64,000 bases of DNA, from NCBI GenBank assembly GCA_003281285.1, contig QCCJ01000003.1, forward strand, positions 3,130 through 67,129. The letters run 5' to 3'. Source of the DNA: Prochlorococcus sp. AG-347-K22. Lineage in GTDB: Bacteria; Cyanobacteriota; Cyanobacteriia; PCC-6307; Cyanobiaceae. Below, piece after piece: positions 23,929 to 33,752 of this stretch. The notes beneath the pieces were generated by a model. That model made no database searches. It worked only from the letters and a program-made list of their open reading frames with translations, and was not told the origin of the DNA. The position numbers and the translations under genes are program-made. How positions within the stretch are numbered: the first letter of the stretch is position 1; each line of letters begins with the position of its first letter.

Positions 23929-25701
23929 CTAGATTCCTACTTGAACATTCCATAAATCAGCATATATTTTGTTCTGATCTAATAGTTTTTCATGTTTTCC
24001 GCTTTCAACTATTTTACCTTTATCAATAACAATAATATTATCCGCATTTTTTATAGTGCTTAATCTATGAGCTATTACTATTGTTGTTCTTTCTTTGGTG
24101 ATTTTAGATAATGATTTTTGAATTAAAGCCTCTGTTTCATTATCAACTGAGGCTGTAGCTTCATCCAATATTAAAATTGGAGCATCCTTTAAAACAGCTC
24201 TCGCCAATGCAATTCTTTGACGTTGCCCGCCTGAGAGCCTTTGGCCCCTTTCCCCCACTATAGTTTTATAACCATCTGGTAATTGTTCAATAAATTTATG
24301 AGCTTCAGCAATCTTTGAAGCTTTAATGATATCCTTAAGACTTGGGTTGATTGAGCCATAAGCAATATTTTCTTGTACACTGCCATGAAATAAATAAGTT
24401 TCTTGACTTACTAAAGAAATACACTTTCTTAAATCCCTCAAATGAATTTCTTTAATAGAAACGCCATCCAAGGTTATTGATCCGTTATTACTATCATAAA
24501 TCCTAAGGAGTAATTTTATTATTGTACTTTTCCCAGAACCTGTTAAACCAACAATTCCTAATGTTGAGTTATTTTCAATTTTGAAATTTATGTTTTTTAA
24601 AGTTAAATCTCTTCCAGGATAATTAAAATTTATATTATTAAAAATTATTTCTCCTTTGATATCTTTAGGTTCAATTTTTATTTTTCCATCTTTTATTTTT
24701 ATAGGCGTATCTATGAGATCAATTACTCTATCTATTGAGGCCATAGATCTCTGAAAATCATCTAAAACATGTCCCAAAGTAGTTAAAGGCCATAATAGTC
24801 TTTGTGTAATAAAAACTAAAAAACTATAAGTTCCTACATCAAGAGTCTTATTCCAAGTTTGAAAACCTCCAATTAATAGAATCGCTACAAAAGCAAATAA
24901 GATTGCGAATCTTATAAGAGGGATAAAAGCAGAAGATAATTTTATTGCAGCCTTATTACTTCTTTGATACTCGAGACTTTCTTTATTTAATCTATTTAGT
25001 TCCCATTTTTCTTTAGTAAAACTTTTTATGGTTAAAATTCCACTTAAATTATTATTAAGTCTTGATGCCAACAATCCAGCTTTATTTCTAACATCTTTGT
25101 ATTTTGGAGCAAGCTTCCTTTGAAATTTAATTGATCCTAAAAAAATAATTGGGATAGGAAAGAAAGCAAATAAAGCAATTTTTGGAGCGACAAAAATCAT
25201 AGTGCCCCCAATTATTAAGACAGTTATAAATAACTGAATAATCTGATTAGCCCCTTGGTCTAGAAATCTTTCGAGTTGATTTATATCATCATTCAAAATA
25301 GATAATAGCCTTCCAGTATTATCATTTTCAAAAAAATCCATATCTAATTCCTGGATATGCTCATAAGCTTTTATTCTTAATTTATGTTGCGATAGCTGAG
25401 CTAAATTTCTCCATAAAATCGAATATAAATATTCAAAGGAGGATTCACCAGACCAAACTATTCCTGAAGCAAATGCAAGAAAAATCAATTGTGCTGGAAC
25501 TTCTTTTATCCCAAAACCTGCAATCCATGAATTCTGTTCATTTACAACGATATCAACTGCAAGACCAATTATTACGGGTGGAGCTAAATCTAATATTTTA
25601 TTTATTATGGAACTAAGAAAAGCAAAAAATAGTAACCTTCTTTCTTCAATCAGATTTAAATAAAGCCTAATTATTGGATTTTGATTGTTCTTAGACCTCA
25701 T
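23929..25701 (-). CDS. ABC transporter, fused permease/ATPase (exporter type)
   Basis: TM domain, GLTGSGKST, LSGGQRQR, ILDEATA. Confidence 0.93.
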   Translation of the reverse strand: MRSKNNQNPIIRLYLNLIEERRLLFFAFLSSIINKILDLAPPVIIGLAVDIVVNEQNSWIAGFGIKEVPAQLIFLAFASGIVWSGESSFEYLYSILWRNLAQLSQHKLRIKAYEHIQELDMDFFENDNTGRLLSILNDDINQLERFLDQGANQIIQLFITVLIIGGTMIFVAPKIALFAFFPIPIIFLGSIKFQRKLAPKYKDVRNKAGLLASRLNNNLSGILTIKSFTKEKWELNRLNKESLEYQRSNKAAIKLSSAFIPLIRFAILFAFVAILLIGGFQTWNKTLDVGTYSFLVFITQRLLWPLTTLGHVLDDFQRSMASIDRVIDLIDTPIKIKDGKIKIEPKDIKGEIIFNNINFNYPGRDLTLKNINFKIENNSTLGIVGLTGSGKSTIIKLLLRIYDSNNGSITLDGVSIKEIHLRDLRKCISLVSQETYLFHGSVQENIAYGSINPSLKDIIKASKIAEAHKFIEQLPDGYKTIVGERGQRLSGGQRQRIALARAVLKDAPILILDEATASVDNETEALIQKSLSKITKERTTIVIAHRLSTIKNADNIIVIDKGKIVESGKHEKLLDQNKIYADLWNVQVGI

Positions 25702-25711
25702 AAAGTAACAA

Positions 25712-26005
25712 TTAAATTTTTGTATTATGATTTAAATTTTCTTTAGTTTCTAATTTACATTTCGTTTTTGCATCTTGATGACTTGCAGTTTGTCTAAATT
25801 CTTCGTAGTAACAATCACAAGTTTCATTCGCAATTTCTTCACTGTATACTATTTCTGCTTTCAACATCTCCTCTTTGACACTCTGAAGACAAAATAGTTT
25901 TATGATAGTATTTTGTTTCGTTTGAGCTAAATAATAACTATTAAAAGAGTTGAATAGGATTATCAGATTCACAAAAATAAAGAATTTATATTTGCTAGAA
26001 TTCAT
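25712..26005 (-). CDS. hypothetical exported protein
   Basis: 97-aa ORF, signal-like N-terminus, C..CDC..C pattern. Confidence 0.65.
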   Translation of the reverse strand: MNSSKYKFFIFVNLIILFNSFNSYYLAQTKQNTIIKLFCLQSVKEEMLKAEIVYSEEIANETCDCYYEEFRQTASHQDAKTKCKLETKENLNHNTKI

Positions 26006-26014
26006 TCTTTATAC

Positions 26015-27796
26015 CTAGTTTCTGACTTTAATTTTTTTTAATTTATTTTTAGTTTCTCTTTGCAGATCTCTGGGTAAATCCACCAAACTGTAATCATTAA
26101 AAATCTGTATCTTGCCTATGGATCTACCATTTATATTAGTTGAATTACAGATTGAGGATATAATATTTGCAACTCTAACCCCATCGAATTTACCAAAGTT
26201 AAATTTGTAGGTTTCAAAAGAATCATTTTGATAATTGTTTCTTCTATTTGAATTTCTCATCCGATTATTAGCATTTCTATTTGATCTATTTCGATCAGTA
26301 TTATTTTGTTTATGAATCCAGGAATCATCTTCATTAACAAAAAATGCTTTATTACCTATTACTAAATTAATCGCCGCCATTGCAATATTTGAGTCGTCCA
26401 TAGAATGTTTTTCTTTTAAATTATCTAGTACATCGATAATCAAAGATTTATTTTCTTCATTTTCCTCTTTAGCTAAAAAACTCTCATTAACATTCTCTAT
26501 AAGTTTCTCCATCCTTTTTTCATTTATTATTTTATTACTTGGAATATTAATTTCTTCAATCTTAGTTCTTGTAGAGTTTTCTAAATTTCTCAGAAAATGT
26601 TTTTCTCTTTGGTTAACAAATAAAATTGCCTCTCCTGATCTACCTGCCCTTCCAGTTCTTCCAATTCTATGAGTATATGTTTCCTTGTCAAAAGGAAAAT
26701 CGTAATTAACAACAAGTTTTATCCTCTCTACATCTAATCCTCTAGCTGCTACATCAGTTGCAACAAGGATATCAATAAATCCTTTTTTTAATCTATCTAC
26801 AGTATTTTCTCTTTGATTTTGAGGTATATCTCCATTAAGTACTGCGACAGTATGACCCGAATTCTCTAAAGCTTCAGCTATTGAAGTAGTAAGTAGTTTT
26901 GTCCTAACAAAGATTATTACTCCCTCGTTATTAAGTTCCAATATTCTTTTTAAAGCATCTAACTTATGGTGCCTTTGAACATATAGAAATTTTTGCGAAA
27001 TTAATTGAGTTTCTTTTTTGACACTTTTGATTAATATTTCAGCGGGGTCATTTAGATATTTTTTTGCTATGTTTCTTATCTCACTAGGCATTGTTGCTGA
27101 AAACAATACCATCTGCTTATTTTCCGGAAGTTGATCTATTATCCATTCGATATCTTCAAGGAAACCCATATTTAACATTTCATCGGCCTCATCTAAAACA
27201 AGACAACTTATGTCTTTAATTTTAAATGTTCCCTGCCTAATGTGATCCATTATTCGGCCAGGGGTCCCGACTACTACGTCAACCTTTCTTTTCAATGCTG
27301 AAATCTGATTTCGATAGTCGGTACCTCCATATATTGCAACCGTCTTAAAGTTAGTAGATTCAGAACTATAACTTTTGAAAGATTCTGCCACTTGAGTGGC
27401 CAATTCTCTTGTAGGAGTCATAACTAAAACCTTGGCATTTAATTCTTGATTATCTGCAAGTTTCTCTATTAATGGCAATGCGAAAGCTGCAGTCTTTCCT
27501 GTGCCTGTTTGTGCTTGACCTAGTAAATCTCTGCCTAACATTAATTCCGGAATTGCTGCTTTTTGTATGGGAGTTGGATTTTTGTATCCTTTATTTCTTA
27601 ACGAATTTAAGATCGATTGATTAAACCCAAAATCGAGAAATCCATTCTCATTATCATTTGCTTTCGATACTTCAAATGGTTGAGATTCAATTTCTTTATT
27701 GTTCTCTAAATTATTTAACTCAAGTGGTAATACATCTTCATTCTGAGATTTTTCCTGCTCACTATCAAGAGATTTACTATCTTTTTTTAAAGTCAT
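26015..27796 (-). CDS. deaD: DEAD-box RNA helicase (DeaD/CsdA type with DbpA-like C-terminal domain)
   Basis: Q motif, AQTGTGKT, PTRELA, DEAD, SAT, HRIGRTGRAG. Confidence 0.92.
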   Translation of the reverse strand: MTLKKDSKSLDSEQEKSQNEDVLPLELNNLENNKEIESQPFEVSKANDNENGFLDFGFNQSILNSLRNKGYKNPTPIQKAAIPELMLGRDLLGQAQTGTGKTAAFALPLIEKLADNQELNAKVLVMTPTRELATQVAESFKSYSSESTNFKTVAIYGGTDYRNQISALKRKVDVVVGTPGRIMDHIRQGTFKIKDISCLVLDEADEMLNMGFLEDIEWIIDQLPENKQMVLFSATMPSEIRNIAKKYLNDPAEILIKSVKKETQLISQKFLYVQRHHKLDALKRILELNNEGVIIFVRTKLLTTSIAEALENSGHTVAVLNGDIPQNQRENTVDRLKKGFIDILVATDVAARGLDVERIKLVVNYDFPFDKETYTHRIGRTGRAGRSGEAILFVNQREKHFLRNLENSTRTKIEEINIPSNKIINEKRMEKLIENVNESFLAKEENEENKSLIIDVLDNLKEKHSMDDSNIAMAAINLVIGNKAFFVNEDDSWIHKQNNTDRNRSNRNANNRMRNSNRRNNYQNDSFETYKFNFGKFDGVRVANIISSICNSTNINGRSIGKIQIFNDYSLVDLPRDLQRETKNKLKKIKVRN

Positions 27797-27934
27797 TTTA
27801 AATGCCCAATATTCTTCTGATTAGGCATTCAACAAATATCTAAATTTACTTAAATTGTTGACTAGCCTTTCAGAGCCGAGTTATTAATCTAACATCTTGG
27901 GGTTAAAATCTTACAAATTTCTCAAAAATAAGAT

Positions 27935-29638
27935 TTAATTAAAATAATATATATCTAGAAATTTTTTCGCTCTCGTAACAGCAGTATAAAATAACCTTCT
28001 TTCAAAATTATCTCTGCAAAAGATATTTTCAATATCTTTTTGTTCCTTCATAGCATATTTATTTCTTCTAGATTTTTTAGTCCATAAAATGCTTACTTTC
28101 TCAGATTCACTTCCTTGAGATTTATGCATAGTAATGGCTATGGCTGGAACAACACTTTCTAATTTAGATGGATCAATTAATGCTACAATTTCTTCGTTAT
28201 TATCATTAAATTTTCTAAAAAGATATTTTCTTTCATTTTTTAAACCTATAAGAACACCGATATCACCATTTGACAAACCAAGTTCATTATTATTTTTTGT
28301 ACACATTATCGGAACACCCTCGTTAAGAGTTTTTAGGTCATAGGGTTTTTTTTGACCAAAAACAATTTCATTCAAATATTCAACACTCCATGTTCCAGAA
28401 TTTTTTTCACATAAAATCAAGTGACTTTGTAAATCTTGAAATATCTTATCTACTAAATCTTTTTCATTAAGCAATAAATTATAAATACCCTCATTAAATA
28501 TATGTTTTTTTTTACTTAAATTTGAAGTTGAAAGATTTAACTTATTGAGATGACTTGTAATTGAAAAAAATAGATTTTTTGGAATATTATTTTCTCTACT
28601 TTTTAAAATAGTAACTTCTTTTGATTTTGTATTTTTTTCTAATTCTTTTATCTTTTGGTTTAGTAAAGAATAATCATTATTAAATATTAAACTACTAATT
28701 AATGCTATATCTCCAAAATTTCTATAAGTTTTTTCTAAATTTACGACACATGATTTAATTGTACTATTTTCACAATATTCAAACAAATAATTCCATATAG
28801 AACAGTTTTTTACTGGGGACAATTGATTTTTATCTCCAACTAAAATAATTTTACAGTCCTTTGCAAGTAAACTTAAAACTGATTCAATCAAATCGATATT
28901 AACCATTGACATTTCATCAATTATGAAAATATCAAGTTCTTTAATTTTAAATTTCAAATTAAGAGATTTATTTTGAGAATTTAAAATCCATCTATGTAAA
29001 GTTTGAAATTCTATTTGATCTAGAAATTTGTTGAGTGTAATATTTTTTTTATCATTAAGTGCTTCTTTTAGACGAGCAGTAGCTTTACCCGTTGGAGCTG
29101 ACAAACCAATATTTAAAAAGTTATCAATTCGAAGGAGCTCTAATATTAAATTTATTATTAAAGTTGTTTTACCTGTTCCTGGTCCTCCTTGAAGGAAAAC
29201 TAAGTTTGAATATTTAAATATATTTCTTATTTGATCAATTTTATTATCATCTTCATAAATTATCGAATTCATTAAATTATCTATATTTATTTTTTTTAAA
29301 AATGAATTAATAACTCTTTCTATCTTTATTGACCATTTTGCAAGAGATAATTTTCTATCAATTAATACGAATGGAGAATTAAGAGAGTCTATCAAGCCTA
29401 TAGTTTTTAGAATATCTAAATGTTTATCGGGCCAGCCATCTTCAAATATTTCAAAGATTATTAAACTATTATCTACATCAATAATAGTTTCACCATTTTT
29501 TTCAAACTCTAGTAGGATTTTAATTGTATCTTTTACAAAATTACCATATTTTTTTTTATCAAATTTAAATATATCTAATATCAAATTAAATATATGATCA
29601 TATTGAAACTTTTCAATATCCGCAGTTGTTTTATTCAT
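27935..29638 (-). CDS. recD: exodeoxyribonuclease V alpha subunit RecD
   Basis: GGPGTGKTT, SAPTGKA, DEMSMV, TMHKSQGSE, YTAVTRAK; adjacent to recB. Confidence 0.88.
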   Translation of the reverse strand: MNKTTADIEKFQYDHIFNLILDIFKFDKKKYGNFVKDTIKILLEFEKNGETIIDVDNSLIIFEIFEDGWPDKHLDILKTIGLIDSLNSPFVLIDRKLSLAKWSIKIERVINSFLKKINIDNLMNSIIYEDDNKIDQIRNIFKYSNLVFLQGGPGTGKTTLIINLILELLRIDNFLNIGLSAPTGKATARLKEALNDKKNITLNKFLDQIEFQTLHRWILNSQNKSLNLKFKIKELDIFIIDEMSMVNIDLIESVLSLLAKDCKIILVGDKNQLSPVKNCSIWNYLFEYCENSTIKSCVVNLEKTYRNFGDIALISSLIFNNDYSLLNQKIKELEKNTKSKEVTILKSRENNIPKNLFFSITSHLNKLNLSTSNLSKKKHIFNEGIYNLLLNEKDLVDKIFQDLQSHLILCEKNSGTWSVEYLNEIVFGQKKPYDLKTLNEGVPIMCTKNNNELGLSNGDIGVLIGLKNERKYLFRKFNDNNEEIVALIDPSKLESVVPAIAITMHKSQGSESEKVSILWTKKSRRNKYAMKEQKDIENIFCRDNFERRLFYTAVTRAKKFLDIYYFN

Positions 29639-29639
29639 T

Positions 29640-32600
29640 TTAAAAAAGATTATCTAAATAATTAATTCTCTTTAAAGGGGCATTACTAATGAAAACACCT
29701 GGAGATATATCTTTCGAAATAGATTTCTCAAATAATTCAATATCCGGCAATCCCTTTAAAAAAAAATAAATATATCCTCCTAGATTTTTATCTGGTTGAT
29801 AATTTTTAAGCCTCCACTTTAATAATCTATGTAATGCCAATAAATAAAGATGCGATTGCAAGGGATAATGATGTTTAATCATTTCATCTCTCATATTTTC
29901 ATAGTTATAGTTTCTTGGTAAACAATCACTATTATCGCTTCCAGAAATCAAATTACTTTTCCAATCAATCACCCACCATTTACTATCTTCTAATGTATTA
30001 CCTACTGGAAAAATACAATCAATACATCCTGAATGAAAGCCTTTATTCATAATTTGAAGATCATTTATTTTTTTTGCATATTCTTTACCAAATTCGTATT
30101 CCTGATCTAAAAGAAAGCATTTAGATATATCATGAGAATTTATATTTCTACCTTCATAAGAAAGTGTTAAATCATATTTAACTTCCTTAAGTAAGTATTG
30201 ATTGGGGATATCAACTAGTTTCTTGTTTTGTAATTCACTCCCTAAGGGTATATTTATAATTCTTAAAATTGCATCTTTTACTTTAAAAGCCAGAGAAGTA
30301 TCTATTTGATGAAATTTCAATTCTTCAATAATTAAATTAATTAATTCTTGATTATTATCGTTTCTAAATTCAAATCTTTCTATTATTTTGTGCAAGCATG
30401 TACCAGCAATATTTCCTTTTGGAAATTCGCTTAAGGGATTTGGATAAGAAAAATAATTAGGATAATTCTTTGATTTCTTAATATTAGACTCTTTGATAAT
30501 TGATATATTATCTTCATAATCCTTATATTGATGAGTAAGTGCATTAATATTTTTATCTTTACGTATCCAAGAAGAATAACTTGAATAAGAAATGAATTGA
30601 TCAGAATTAAATTCTTTAGATATTTTTTTATTAAGGTTATGGATTTTCCAAAGATTATTATTCAATCGTTTAAATTGGAAATTAGCGAAACTTTCTTTAA
30701 TTTTCTCTTTTTCTATAATATCTACAAAAGTAGACTTATAAATATTAATATTTTCTAAATTATTAAGCAAATCATTATTTAAAATATTATTTGTATCTGC
30801 TAAATCATTAAAAACGATAAGTTTATATTTGCTCCTTGTAAGTGCTACATAAATTAACCTCTCACTTTCTTTAAATAAATCTTCTTTTTCTATCGATTTA
30901 AATTTTTCAACCTTAGCGTAATTATTAGAAATATTAATGTATATATTTTTATCAATATTTGATTTCCAAATAGGTCCTTTAATTTTATTTGATTTATTAG
31001 AAATAATTGAGAGATATGGACATAGGACCATATCAAATTCGAGGCCCTTACTACTATGAATGGTAGAAAGATTAATTCCATTTTGAAGATTATAATCTTT
31101 CGTCAAAAAATCCTCTCCAGTACAAATTCTTAAAGAATGATCTAACTGATTTTTGTACCAGTTAAAAACTTTATTGAGATTAAAATCATTATTAATTAAT
31201 TCTATTTCAACAATTTCTGAAAGTTGAAATAAATTTGAATTTAAATCTGAATCTTGAACAATCTCTTGTGAATTGTAATTTTCAAGAAGTTCATTAACAA
31301 TATTTAAAAAACCTTTTTCTCTTAATTCCTGGGACCAAGTAATACATTTCTTAATCAAAATTTCTAAATTATTACTTATTCCATCATCAATTAATTCTTC
31401 TAATTCAATTTCCACAAACTTTGACGCAGCAAGCAAGGTTATATTTTTAAAAAACCTCGGATTTAATAAACAGTCAAGAAATAAAAATAGTAAAGAACTT
31501 GCTTCTGTATCAAAAATATTTTGTTTGTTTTGAATTTTGCATGGAAGGTTAAACTGATTCAATTTATTTTTCAAATCTAAGCATTGCGAATTATTTAATG
31601 TAAGAATCGCAATTTTATTAATATCAATTTCTTTATTATTTAAAATAAAGTTAACTATGTAATGAGTTGCAAGATCATCTATATCAGTCTCTTTTTTTGA
31701 AAATTCTACAATTTCAAATACATCCTTAAATTTAAATTCCGAATTAAAATTTTCATTAATTCTAGAGGTTAATTTCCTATATTTTAATTTTGATTGTTTA
31801 AGTCCATTCCTATAAAGTTTATTAATAACATCCATTAAATTTTTTGAGGATCTATAGTTATCTGTAAGACTAAAAACTTCGGTTGAATTAGATCTTGCAT
31901 CTAAGTAAGTTTCAATATCTCCACCTCTAAATTTGTAGATCGCTTGTTTTGGGTCGCCTACACAAAGTAAAAAATGCTTTTTTGTATTAAAGAACTTTTT
32001 TATTAAATTCCACTGTGTATTATCTGTATCTTGAAACTCATCTACTAAAACACATTTAAATCTTTTTTGAATTTTAGATAAAGTAATACTATTATTAGTT
32101 TCTGTATTTAGAAATGTATTTTCCACAGTCTTTATAAGATCATTGAAGTTGAAAATAGAAAAACTTTTCTTTAATTCAATTAATTTTATGTAAGCTAATT
32201 GGGTAAATATTCTTACAAATTCTGTATAGAAACCTTCTTTTATTTTATAAATCTTATCTTGTAATAAATTAAATTTAGTAAAATCAATCTTTAGATTATG
32301 CTTATTAATTTCTTTAGATATATTTTCATTGTAAAAATATTTAAATAAAAGATCTTCTTTAGAAATATCGTATATAAAATCAATCGCATTTTTCGAATTT
32401 AGACTTTTGTTAATCTCTTCAATCCAACAAATTATTTGATTAAACTTATCATTTCTCGGTTTTGCAGAATATATTTGACTTTTACCACCAGATTCCTTAA
32501 TTAATTTCCCCAACTCTATGAGTTGTAAAAATAATTCCATGCCGCTCTTATTCCATTCTGCACAAAACTCATGCCAATTTAAATAAAAAAATTCATTAAA

Positions 32601-33266
32601 ATAATGATTTATATCAATAGTTTTATATTTATTATTTATTTTAAATTTATAAATATTTTCTTGATCTATATTTTTTAAAATTTCTACAAAAAAAGACTTA
32701 TTGATTCTACTTCCAAATCTAGAACTTATTTTTTTTTGGTTGACTGCTGAAATAATCTCAGGATAAAGAGTTAGAAAATCATCAATCCATAAATTATCTA
32801 TTACATCCTTATATAAATTATTTATATTGTTATCAATGAATGGATCTTGAGTTACACCTATTTCGATACTATATTCATCAATAATATTGTTGCAAAAAGC
32901 ATGGAATGTAGTTACCTGTAAATTATAAATTTTATTAACAAAATTATCGATTTCGGATATAATTTTTTTCTTAGACGTTTCCTTCTCCTTAAATTTCAGA
33001 TACCAATCCTTAAGTGTATTATCTATATTAATTTCATCATTATTTTGCAAATATAATTTTAAATCCTGAAATCTAAGAAGTATTTTATCTCGTAATTCGG
33101 AACATGTATTTTTTGTGAAACTTAATAAGAGTATGTCTTCAGGTTTAAATTTTTTCTCCAAAACATTTCTTAAAACTAGGTGAGCCAAAGTAAAACTTTT
33201 GCCTGTTCCTGCACTTGCTTCTAATAATTTAAATTTATTATCTAATTTAATTTGATTAATATCCAT
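29640..33266 (-). CDS. recB: exodeoxyribonuclease V beta subunit RecB
   Basis: EASAGTGKS, DEFQDTD, VGDPKQAIYKFRGGD, nuclease DWKSN...YPLQ. Confidence 0.92.
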   Translation of the reverse strand: MDINQIKLDNKFKLLEASAGTGKSFTLAHLVLRNVLEKKFKPEDILLLSFTKNTCSELRDKILLRFQDLKLYLQNNDEINIDNTLKDWYLKFKEKETSKKKIISEIDNFVNKIYNLQVTTFHAFCNNIIDEYSIEIGVTQDPFIDNNINNLYKDVIDNLWIDDFLTLYPEIISAVNQKKISSRFGSRINKSFFVEILKNIDQENIYKFKINNKYKTIDINHYFNEFFYLNWHEFCAEWNKSGMELFLQLIELGKLIKESGGKSQIYSAKPRNDKFNQIICWIEEINKSLNSKNAIDFIYDISKEDLLFKYFYNENISKEINKHNLKIDFTKFNLLQDKIYKIKEGFYTEFVRIFTQLAYIKLIELKKSFSIFNFNDLIKTVENTFLNTETNNSITLSKIQKRFKCVLVDEFQDTDNTQWNLIKKFFNTKKHFLLCVGDPKQAIYKFRGGDIETYLDARSNSTEVFSLTDNYRSSKNLMDVINKLYRNGLKQSKLKYRKLTSRINENFNSEFKFKDVFEIVEFSKKETDIDDLATHYIVNFILNNKEIDINKIAILTLNNSQCLDLKNKLNQFNLPCKIQNKQNIFDTEASSLLFLFLDCLLNPRFFKNITLLAASKFVEIELEELIDDGISNNLEILIKKCITWSQELREKGFLNIVNELLENYNSQEIVQDSDLNSNLFQLSEIVEIELINNDFNLNKVFNWYKNQLDHSLRICTGEDFLTKDYNLQNGINLSTIHSSKGLEFDMVLCPYLSIISNKSNKIKGPIWKSNIDKNIYINISNNYAKVEKFKSIEKEDLFKESERLIYVALTRSKYKLIVFNDLADTNNILNNDLLNNLENINIYKSTFVDIIEKEKIKESFANFQFKRLNNNLWKIHNLNKKISKEFNSDQFISYSSYSSWIRKDKNINALTHQYKDYEDNISIIKESNIKKSKNYPNYFSYPNPLSEFPKGNIAGTCLHKIIERFEFRNDNNQELINLIIEELKFHQIDTSLAFKVKDAILRIINIPLGSELQNKKLVDIPNQYLLKEVKYDLTLSYEGRNINSHDISKCFLLDQEYEFGKEYAKKINDLQIMNKGFHSGCIDCIFPVGNTLEDSKWWVIDWKSNLISGSDNSDCLPRNYNYENMRDEMIKHHYPLQSHLYLLALHRLLKWRLKNYQPDKNLGGYIYFFLKGLPDIELFEKSISKDISPGVFISNAPLKRINYLDNLF

Positions 33267-33278
33267 ATCTTTATTGAA

Positions 33279-33752
33279 TTAATATTTGACCTCATTTTTA
33301 TAAAGTAGGTAATTTTTAAATTTATTATTTAAATATTGCTCTTCTAAAGCAATCTTTAATTTAATAATCAAAGCAAGACTTATTAATAAAAATAAATAAT
33401 AAATAGATAGCTTTGTTATAAAAACGCCAAAGGAAATAAATATCAAAGAATAGTACATAGGATGACGCGTAAATCGATAAATACCTGTAGTAACAAGATT
33501 GCTATTATTTATAGGTCTTGGGAAAGGAGATAAATTTCTACCTAAGTCTTTAATTGCAAAAAACAATATTATGAAAGCGATTATGATAATTAAAAACCCC
33601 ACAAAATAAGAAAAAGAACTAACTTGAATTATTTGTTTTTGTGGAATAAATTCCAATCGAAAAAAATGTAGACTAATAATAAAGAACTGTAAAAAAACAA
33701 GAGTTAGTTCATAAGCAGCTTTTAAAAAAAATTTTAATTGAAATTTTGTCAT
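33279..33752 (-). CDS. isoprenylcysteine carboxyl methyltransferase/PEMT family membrane protein
   Basis: LVTTGIYRFTRHPMY, EEQYL. Confidence 0.85.
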   Translation of the reverse strand: MTKFQLKFFLKAAYELTLVFLQFFIISLHFFRLEFIPQKQIIQVSSFSYFVGFLIIIIAFIILFFAIKDLGRNLSPFPRPINNSNLVTTGIYRFTRHPMYYSLIFISFGVFITKLSIYYLFLLISLALIIKLKIALEEQYLNNKFKNYLLYKNEVKY

